From positions 39,253 to 103,252 of the forward strand of contig JARGFM010000009.1 of assembly GCA_029210725.1 (NCBI GenBank): a stretch of DNA of 64,000 nucleotides, written 5' to 3'. The notes below the pieces were generated by a model that worked only from the letters and a program-made list of their open reading frames with translations, made no database searches and was not told the DNA's origin. The position numbers and the translations under genes were made by a program. This stretch comes from Bacteroidales bacterium (lineage in GTDB: Bacteria; Bacteroidota; Bacteroidia; Bacteroidales; GCA-2748055). Shown here piece by piece: positions 29,732 to 39,014 of this stretch. The stretch's first letter is position 1. Each line of letters opens with the position of its first letter.

Positions 29732-29863
29732 AAATAGTGAGGTTTTAGAATGTAATGTCAGGCTTTGCTGAAGGTAAAAATAGTGATTATGAAACAGTAA
29801 TTTGATATTACCCGTATAGTTTGTTCAGAATAGTTTTATCTTCAGAATTCAAAGTCCTCCAAC
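29732..29863. promoter_or_regulatory. Divergent control region between the corrinoid-protein/activase operon (-) and the fhs operon (+), with short direct repeats
   Basis: 132 nt between divergent starts. AAATAGTGA occurs at 29732..29740 and 29778..29786, and TTCAGAAT at 29824..29831 and 29841..29848. I recognised no cobalamin-riboswitch core. Confidence 0.4.
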
Positions 29864-31531
29864 ATGAATGATCTTGACATAGCCAAAAAAGTAAAGCTAC
29901 TGCATATCTCAGCCATCGCAGGCAAGCTGGGTATTCACGAAGATCTGATAGAGATGTTCGGTAAGTATAAAGCCAAGCTGCCCCTGCATCTCATTGATGA
30001 AAAGCGGGTTAAACAGAGCAAGCTGATCCTGGTATCCGCCACCTCTCCCACTCCTGCGGGAGAGGGCAAAACTACGGTATCCATAGGCCTCTCAGAGGGG
30101 CTTAACCGCCTGGGGAAGAAAAGCACGGTGGTTCTCAGGGAGCCTTCCCTGGGGCCCATCTTCGGGATCAAGGGAGGGGCCACCGGCGGAGGATACTCCC
30201 AGGTACTGCCCATGGAGGATATCAATCTTCATTTCACGGGCGACTTTGCCGCTATCGAAAAGGCGCATAACCTGCTCTCCGCGGTGATCGATAACAATAT
30301 TCAAAGCAGGACCAACGGACTGGGACTCGATCCGAGAACCATCTCCTGGAAAAGGGTGATTGATATGAATGACCGGTCGTTGCGCCGGATCATCGTGGGG
30401 CTTGGAGGCACCACCTCAGGCGTTCCGAGGGAAACCGGCTTCGATATTACAGCAGCCTCGGAGATCATGGCCATCCTTTGCCTGGCGGCCGATATTCACG
30501 ATCTGAAAATCAGGCTGGGCAATATTTTTGTAGGATATACGCATCAGAAAGAGCCCATATATGCCCGGGATCTGAAAGCGGAAGGGGCCATGGCTGCCCT
30601 GCTGAAAGATGCCATTATGCCCAATCTGGTACAAACCATTGAAGGAAATCCGGCCATTATTCACGGAGGGCCCTTTGCCAATATCGCCCAGGGGACCAAC
30701 TCAGTGATAGCCACCAAGATGGGAATGACCCTTTCGGAGTATACCGTCACGGAAGCGGGCTTTGGCTTTGACCTGGGAGCTGAGAAATTCTTCGATATCA
30801 AATGTCAGAGTGCGGGCCTTTCACCGAAGGTGGTGGTCCTGACCACCACCATCCGGGCCCTGAAATACCATGGCGGTGCCGAATTGATGAAACTGAAGGA
30901 TCCGGATCCTGAAGCCCTGAGAAAGGGACTGCCCAACCTGGAAAAACACCTGGAAAACATCAGGCAGTTTAAGGTGACTCCCGTGATAGCCCTGAACCGC
31001 TTTACCTCCGATACCAAAGAGGAGATCGACATGGTGCTTGAAAAAGCCAGATCACTGGGCGTCGACTGCGCCGTGGCAGATCTTTGGGCCAAAGGAGGCG
31101 AAGGGGCCCTGGATCTGGCAGAAAAGGTGATGGCCCTTGCCGAGTCCGACCCTCCGGTGTTTGAGCCCCTGTATGACTGGAACTGGGATGTAAAAAGAAA
31201 GATAGAAACTCTGGCCACCAGGATATATGGTGCCGAACATGTGGATTACTCGCCCCAGGCCAGGCAGGATTTGAAAAAGATTTCCGAACTGGGTCTGGAA
31301 CAACTGCCGGTCTGTATTGCCAAGACTCAAAAATCCCTCTCCGACAATCCCGCCCTGCTGGGCCGGCCCAAAGACTTTATCATCACTGTACGCGAGATTG
31401 AGATTGCATCGGGAGCAGGATTCCTGATCCCCATTACCGGAAACATCATGAGGATGCCTGGCCTGCCGGCCCATCCGGCATCAGAAAATATCAGCATCGA
31501 TAATGACGGGAATATTACAGGACTCATGTAA
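29864..31531 (+). CDS. fhs: Formate--tetrahydrofolate ligase
   Basis: 555 aa with end-to-end resemblance to Fhs. Motifs include DIAKKVKLLHISAIA, TPTPAGEGKTT, GIKGGATGGGYSQV and PVCIAKTQKSLSDNP. Confidence 0.95.
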   Translation: MNDLDIAKKVKLLHISAIAGKLGIHEDLIEMFGKYKAKLPLHLIDEKRVKQSKLILVSATSPTPAGEGKTTVSIGLSEGLNRLGKKSTVVLREPSLGPIFGIKGGATGGGYSQVLPMEDINLHFTGDFAAIEKAHNLLSAVIDNNIQSRTNGLGLDPRTISWKRVIDMNDRSLRRIIVGLGGTTSGVPRETGFDITAASEIMAILCLAADIHDLKIRLGNIFVGYTHQKEPIYARDLKAEGAMAALLKDAIMPNLVQTIEGNPAIIHGGPFANIAQGTNSVIATKMGMTLSEYTVTEAGFGFDLGAEKFFDIKCQSAGLSPKVVVLTTTIRALKYHGGAELMKLKDPDPEALRKGLPNLEKHLENIRQFKVTPVIALNRFTSDTKEEIDMVLEKARSLGVDCAVADLWAKGGEGALDLAEKVMALAESDPPVFEPLYDWNWDVKRKIETLATRIYGAEHVDYSPQARQDLKKISELGLEQLPVCIAKTQKSLSDNPALLGRPKDFIITVREIEIASGAGFLIPITGNIMRMPGLPAHPASENISIDNDGNITGLM

Positions 31532-31586
31532 GCCGGACAGGTCAGAAATATTATGTTCATAAGTGTATCACTTTCCATTCGTTCAT

Positions 31587-32441
31587 ATGCAAACCATACT
31601 CAGAGGCAAGACAAAAGAGGTGATCATCGACACCGAAGGACCGGTAGTCGTCATTGGCGAAAGCATCAATCCCACCCGCCGCAAGAAACTGGCGGAGACC
31701 CTGCGAAACCATGATTTTGAATTCGTCCTGCAACTCGCAAAATCGCAGATAGAAAGCGGCGCAGAGGTCCTGGATGTAAATGTGGGCTTTCCCGGGGTGG
31801 ACGATGAAAGCATGCTGCCAGAAACTGTGAGGGCCATTCAGGAGAGCTTTGACATCCCCCTCTGCCTGGACTCCCCCAATCCCAAAGCCATCGAGGCAGC
31901 ATTAAAGGCGGCCGAAGGCAAAGCTTTGATTAACTCGGTGAATGGAGAAGAAAAGTCCCTGCAGGCCATCCTTCCCCAGGCCAGAGAGTACGGAGCAGCA
32001 GTGATCGGGCTGGTGATGGATGAGGAAGGGATCACACAGGATCCGGAACTCAGATTTCAGATTGCAGAAAAGATTCTTAACCGGGCCGTCCGGACAGGGA
32101 TTCCAGCGGAGGATGTGATCATTGATCCCCTGGCCATGGCGGTCAGCGCCGATCACGATGCATGTATGGTCACCCTGCAAACCATCAAACTGGTTCACGA
32201 CCGACTTGGTCTCAATATCACACAGGGAGCCAGCAACATCTCTTTCGGACTGCCTAACAGGGAAGAACTGAACAAGGCTCATTTGGCCATTTCCATCTGG
32301 AACGGTCTCAGTTGTCCCATCGCCAACCCTGACAAAATCACGACCTTTGTCAGGGCCCTGGACCTGGTCAGGGCCAGGGATGAATTCGCTATGCGGTTTA
32401 CAGAATTCTTCTTTAGTCAGGAGGCTTTGAAAAACAGTTGA
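31587..32441 (+). CDS. Methyltetrahydrofolate:corrinoid methyltransferase (pterin-binding TIM barrel, AcsE/MetH-pterin-domain-like)
   Basis: I take the start at ATG 31587, because the track ORF starts at GTG 31563. VVVIGESINPTRRKKL, GAEVLDVNVG, LCLDSPNP, LINSVNGE and NISFGLPNR are typical of the Pterin_bind domain. Confidence 0.8.
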   Translation: MQTILRGKTKEVIIDTEGPVVVIGESINPTRRKKLAETLRNHDFEFVLQLAKSQIESGAEVLDVNVGFPGVDDESMLPETVRAIQESFDIPLCLDSPNPKAIEAALKAAEGKALINSVNGEEKSLQAILPQAREYGAAVIGLVMDEEGITQDPELRFQIAEKILNRAVRTGIPAEDVIIDPLAMAVSADHDACMVTLQTIKLVHDRLGLNITQGASNISFGLPNREELNKAHLAISIWNGLSCPIANPDKITTFVRALDLVRARDEFAMRFTEFFFSQEALKNS

Positions 32442-32465
32442 TCAAACAACTTAAACTCAGAAGCA

Positions 32466-33920
32466 ATGGCCGTATTTACCCCAGGCAGAAGATGGCAGGC
32501 TCCCTTCCTGCCTTCTAAGAAAGAGCCCTTTGGCAAAAGAGTTCTGAGAAAGGTGGAGCGGATGGTGAAGGGCCCCCTCTTCGGCTGCCGGATGTGTGGG
32601 AACTGCCTGCTTCAGGAAACCGCCTTTATCTGCCCCATGGAGTGTCCCAAAGGCATGCGTAACGGGCCCTGTGGAGGATCAACACCGGAAAAGTGCTATG
32701 TGGATGAGACCCGGCCCTGCATCTGGTATAAAATCTATGAACGCTCCTTTAAGATGGGCAGGGAGAAGAGGCTGCTCGAAGTATTGCCGCCCCTGGATTG
32801 GGACAAGGCAGGGACCGAAACCTGGGGAGATGTAATCCGTTCGATCCGTCATTTCGGTTCCGGCAGCTTTATTAAAGCAGGTCTCTCCCGGAACAAGGAG
32901 AAAAAACGGGAATCCTGGGAAGCGGTGTTTCAAGCGGTCCGGCAGCCCTCCTGGTGGAAAGGCGACCCGGAATATCATCCCCCTCTGAAAAAAGAGCCCG
33001 TCTCCCCCTTGGAGAGTGCCCTGAAGGCAGGGAAATTTGTTATTACTGCCGAGGTATCCCCGCCTTTGAGTGCAGCCACCGGAAAGCTGAAGCGCGACAT
33101 TGCCCTGGTCGGGGATCTGGTCACAGCCATTAACTTTACCGACAGTGCCTCGGCTTATCCGCGCATGTCGAGCATGGCCTGCTGCAAGATCGCCGCTGAT
33201 ATGGGTGCAGATCCGGTGCTTCAGATCGCAGCCAGGGACAAAACCCGCAGCGGATTGCAATCCGATATCATGGGAGCCAATGTCATGGGGGTACATAATG
33301 TACTGTGCATTTCAGGCGACCATGCCCGCACAGGCCCCACACCCACCAGCTCTACCAATATCCTGGATATGGATGCGGTGCAGATGCTCTGGATACTGAG
33401 ACGAATGAGAGATGAAGGCATCTATCTGGATGGACGGAAGATGAATTCGGCTCCCCGCTTGTTCCTGGGAGCCGCTGCTTCTCCTTTTGCTTCTGAACCC
33501 CGTTTTCAGGCCCTCCGAGAAGAAAAGAAGATCAATGCCGGGGCACAGTTTTTCCAGACCAACCTGATCTTCGACGCGCAGGCACTGGATCCGTGGCTGG
33601 AAGCACTGGATAAAAGAGGGGTGCCTGATAAGGTCTTCATCCTCGCCGGAGTTACTCCCATACGAAGCAGGCGGATGGCCCTGCACCTGCATCACCACAT
33701 TCCGGGAGTCCGGATTCCCAAAAACATCCTGGACCGCTTCGAAGAGGCTAAAGAAGATAATTATGAAGAACTTGGAGTGGAGATTGCCCTGGATATCATG
33801 GAAAAGATCCGGGGTAAACAAGGCATCAGGGGCTTCCACCTGATGTCGGTAGGCTGGGAAGCCATCGTGCCCCGCCTTATCAGGGATGCCGGACTGCAAA
33901 GCTCCTTGAGAGCAGTTTAA
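32466..33920 (+). CDS. metF: MetV-MetF fusion: MTHFR_C zinc-ribbon-like domain + methylenetetrahydrofolate reductase
   Basis: 484 aa. The N-terminal Cys-rich FGCRMCGNCLLQETAFICPMECPKGMRNGPCGG is a MetV-type domain. It is followed by FVITAEVSPP, INFTDSA, LQIAARDK, NVLCISGD and FFQTNLIFD, which are MetF TIM-barrel motifs. Confidence 0.8.
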   Translation: MAVFTPGRRWQAPFLPSKKEPFGKRVLRKVERMVKGPLFGCRMCGNCLLQETAFICPMECPKGMRNGPCGGSTPEKCYVDETRPCIWYKIYERSFKMGREKRLLEVLPPLDWDKAGTETWGDVIRSIRHFGSGSFIKAGLSRNKEKKRESWEAVFQAVRQPSWWKGDPEYHPPLKKEPVSPLESALKAGKFVITAEVSPPLSAATGKLKRDIALVGDLVTAINFTDSASAYPRMSSMACCKIAADMGADPVLQIAARDKTRSGLQSDIMGANVMGVHNVLCISGDHARTGPTPTSSTNILDMDAVQMLWILRRMRDEGIYLDGRKMNSAPRLFLGAAASPFASEPRFQALREEKKINAGAQFFQTNLIFDAQALDPWLEALDKRGVPDKVFILAGVTPIRSRRMALHLHHHIPGVRIPKNILDRFEEAKEDNYEELGVEIALDIMEKIRGKQGIRGFHLMSVGWEAIVPRLIRDAGLQSSLRAV

Positions 33921-34092
33921 CTCCAGGATCCTCGCTGCGTTTTCCGGGCGATCCGTTTCCCGGTAACCAGTCCAGGGACTCCTTCCGGGCAGGACAGGAA
34001 TCACCGCAATTCAGACTTACTCCGTGATTAAGCCAATAATAACAGGGGGACAATTCGTAGCTATTCCTTAGCAGGAAGCCATGAAACAAACA

Positions 34093-36090
<1,998 letters not shown>

Positions 36091-36366
36091 TTATGTGATA
36101 AAAATGATAGTCATCGAACCACCATTTAAACTACCGTTATTTTTATGTGATTATGTACCCTTCGTTCAAGCGTTCAGAGCTTGCCGTCCCATTTGAATTC
36201 CCAATCCCGATGAATATTTCTATGTACTTGATTTTCAATTGTTTGAAAAACAACTTTCCCCTTTTCAATAATTCATGTAAAAATAGCAAAAAAAATCCAT
36301 TCTGCAAGTACGGAAAGTATTGAAAACCAGTGAAGTTATTAACATTGGATGGTTGAAATTCCGGAC

Positions 36367-37074
36367 TTAATTCTTAGTCCCGAAATCAAGTTTGTGATTG
36401 ACCTCCCGGAGCACTCTGTTTGCCAGTCGCTTTTCGTTCCGTTCCAGAAATGAACTAACTGCATCCCGGTCCCGTTTGGAAAGTTCCCTGAGCACCCAGG
36501 AGAGAGCCTTCTGGATCATGTCGTGGTGATCATCCACAACTCTTTCGCAAACCGAGATGGTCCGCGGGGTATCGCCTTTGCCACCGCGGGATTTCAGATT
36601 CAGGGGCACCGAGGAAACAACAGCCATCCTTCGCTCCCAGAAATTCTTTGATTCAAGTAATGCCTCAATGTGATGATCCTGAACCACTCCTCTTCCCCAA
36701 AGCACCCCAAATATCCCCACCGTATAGTGATCTACCGAAGCCCAGTTATCCAGGTTTCTTCCAAGTGCCTCCAGGTCCTGATACTCCAGGGCATCCAATA
36801 AGCTCTTGTCCCTTCCATGCGTCTCAAAGGCAAGAACCTGACACTCAAAAACTCCAGTGGCCACCAGGGATTTGCAGAAAGCAATCCACTCTTCGGCACA
36901 CCAGCTGGAATATTTCCTCCTGATCTCTTTCAGTACCTGCCTGATTTCCGGACTGGTAACACCCAATACCTTTTGTGCGGTGGGAAAATAACTTTTTGAT
37001 TTTTCTCTCCGTTCGGCACTTCCCAGATCTGTTAGTGCCTCAAGGACCTCTTTGATTATAGCTTCTGTTTCCAT
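36367..37074 (-). CDS. DNA alkylation repair protein family (AlkD/AlkC-type HEAT-like-repeat DNA glycosylase homolog)
   Basis: 235 aa. DNWASVDH, NFWERRMAVV and MIQKALSWVLRELSKRDRDAVSSFL align by eye with B. cereus AlkD (WWDSVD, NIWLQRAAIL, FIQKAIGWVLREYAKTNPD). Its start lies only 8 nt after the DUF4276 stop. Confidence 0.78.
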   Translation of the reverse strand: METEAIIKEVLEALTDLGSAERREKSKSYFPTAQKVLGVTSPEIRQVLKEIRRKYSSWCAEEWIAFCKSLVATGVFECQVLAFETHGRDKSLLDALEYQDLEALGRNLDNWASVDHYTVGIFGVLWGRGVVQDHHIEALLESKNFWERRMAVVSSVPLNLKSRGGKGDTPRTISVCERVVDDHHDMIQKALSWVLRELSKRDRDAVSSFLERNEKRLANRVLREVNHKLDFGTKN

Positions 37075-37082
37075 AAATTTAA

Positions 37083-37796
37083 TTACAGACTCTCCTGGAA
37101 GAACGCTGAAAGGCCATCCACAAAAGTCCCCAGGCTGGGCATCTTTTCCGCCAGGGCATGGTTGAAATGGTTAAAATCAAGTTTTTGGACCACCGCGCTG
37201 AGCCTGTCCCGTTTTTTGGTGTAATCGTGACCCACCAGCTGGTAGGCGGCTTTCATATCTGCAGCCGGCCGGTCGCGGTCCTCCATGTTTTCTGTACGTG
37301 GATTAAATCCCAGCCGTTTCTCAATAAACTGGGGTGTCAGTTTGGGTGAAACCTTTTTCAGATGTTTGTATTCTCCCAGGAACCAGGCCTCGGTCTCCAT
37401 CACTGCCAGATAAATCCTGGTGGCTGCTCCCTTCTGTGGTAATTTATAATTGAGCCCCCTCCGCAGTCTGCCTACCTCCTCCCGCTTGAAATTGGGATAT
37501 ACATCTCTCAGTCCCATAACCATGGTATACCCGCTGGAGACCAGTTTATCGCGGTGCGCCATCAGGTAGCCTTTCACATTGCTTTCACCTCCACAATCGT
37601 AAATCATGATATAATAGTCCGTATACCTCTCCACATGGGCGGCCCGCATCACCGTGAAAGACATTCTGACATTGTGCCCGCCGGTGATCTTTACGGTTTG
37701 AATGGCGATCCTGTTCTGTCCGAGTACTGTCTGAAGCATATGCCTGACCAGGATCTGTTCGGTAAGCCCCTCTACAAAAATGGCCAGTTTTCTCAT
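37083..37796 (-). CDS. DUF4276-family protein (TOPRIM-like, putative nuclease partner of the upstream ATPase)
   Basis: 237 aa. The N-terminal MRKLAIFVEGLTEQ (acidic VEG.TE motif), YDCGGES and AVMETEAWFLG fit my recollection of DUF4276. It overlaps the ATPase gene by 4 nt. Confidence 0.65.
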   Translation of the reverse strand: MRKLAIFVEGLTEQILVRHMLQTVLGQNRIAIQTVKITGGHNVRMSFTVMRAAHVERYTDYYIMIYDCGGESNVKGYLMAHRDKLVSSGYTMVMGLRDVYPNFKREEVGRLRRGLNYKLPQKGAATRIYLAVMETEAWFLGEYKHLKKVSPKLTPQFIEKRLGFNPRTENMEDRDRPAADMKAAYQLVGHDYTKKRDRLSAVVQKLDFNHFNHALAEKMPSLGTFVDGLSAFFQESL

Positions 37797-38959
37797 GCTC
37801 CCTGATCTTCATCCTCATCCTCGTCGCTGAATCCGGAGCGGAAGAACTCACTGGCATAAAAATCAAAATTGTTCAGCCCGGTAAATTTAAACTCCTCGAA
37901 GATCTCCTTTGAATTTTCGTAGTTAAAGAGGCTGATCTTATGCCCTTCCCGCATAATCACTGCCCAGTTTTCAATATCTACCGCATTCATTATAAAGGAG
38001 TCATTGGTGGACATGATCAGCTGAATTTCAGCTTCTGCTGCCTTGGAGATCAGGACCTGTACCAGTTGCTTGGCCCTGGAGAAATCGAGCCCTTCTCCGA
38101 TGTCATCGATAATCACGAAACCTTTATGCTTGCAGAGTATGTAGTAATTCACCTGCACCAGTACGGAGAATGCCCGGAACATCCCCTGGGACATATCGCG
38201 CTGGGTCACCTGTTTTTCCAGTCCCGTCTCTGTCGTGTAAACCGCAAAACGGTCCTGGCTGCCACCGCTGAAACGCTCCGAAAAACGGATGACCCCGAAA
38301 TCATGCAGGTCATATCCGATCTGCTTCATATCCTTCAGGACCAGTTGGTGGAACTCAGGAAACTCCTCCTCAGCCACCGAAATGGCTGGAACCAGCGAAT
38401 TTGCTGTATCGGTCCAGTCTACTTCTCTGGATTCGAAGGAAGATTTCAGGGCATATCGTGATTTCCCTAAATCGCTGCTGAAATTAAACCTTCGGAGGCT
38501 GATGGCCCAGCTGTGGATCATCTCAATAAAGGGGTGCTGCAGCCGGTCGCGCTTGGCATAACAGGCCAGCTGATCGTGCGGAATCGCGAAATCCAGGAAC
38601 ATGGAATCCGGAGTAGCCACATACTTAACGATTCCGGTACCGCCCTCCTTTCGCTCCAGCACCATCTCCTCTCCCACATAGAGGCGCTCCAGGTGTATGG
38701 TGTCCAGATCATACTCCAGTTCATATTTCATTTCATTTTCGCTGTTCCTGAACAATAACTCGTAACTCACCGGTCCGGTGGCCGTGGTCCCCTTGCCCAT
38801 AAGCATACTCACCAGATCTGATATAGCATTCAGAGTACGGGTTTTTCCGCTGGAATTTTTTCCCACGACCAGGTTGGTCAGGCCGAGGCTCACCTGATCA
38901 ATGAGCCATTCGATGTTCTGACCGGCATTTTCACGAAAAGTAAAACTTTTAAGATACAT
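37793..38959 (-). CDS. ABC/SMC-type AAA ATPase (AAA_21/AAA_15-like)
   Basis: Walker A is GKNSSGKT (38840..38863), with a signature-like SQGM and Walker B FVIIDDIGEGLD. The tail is acidic (SDEDEDEDQGA). I prefer the start at ATG 38959, because the alternative upstream ATG at 39025 would overlap the preceding gene by 11 nt. Confidence 0.75.
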   Translation of the reverse strand: MYLKSFTFRENAGQNIEWLIDQVSLGLTNLVVGKNSSGKTRTLNAISDLVSMLMGKGTTATGPVSYELLFRNSENEMKYELEYDLDTIHLERLYVGEEMVLERKEGGTGIVKYVATPDSMFLDFAIPHDQLACYAKRDRLQHPFIEMIHSWAISLRRFNFSSDLGKSRYALKSSFESREVDWTDTANSLVPAISVAEEEFPEFHQLVLKDMKQIGYDLHDFGVIRFSERFSGGSQDRFAVYTTETGLEKQVTQRDMSQGMFRAFSVLVQVNYYILCKHKGFVIIDDIGEGLDFSRAKQLVQVLISKAAEAEIQLIMSTNDSFIMNAVDIENWAVIMREGHKISLFNYENSKEIFEEFKFTGLNNFDFYASEFFRSGFSDEDEDEDQGA

Positions 38960-39014
38960 GCTGAGAAGCTGTTGGTACTTATAAAAACTGAAAGGTTCCG
39001 CATACCCTTTGTTC

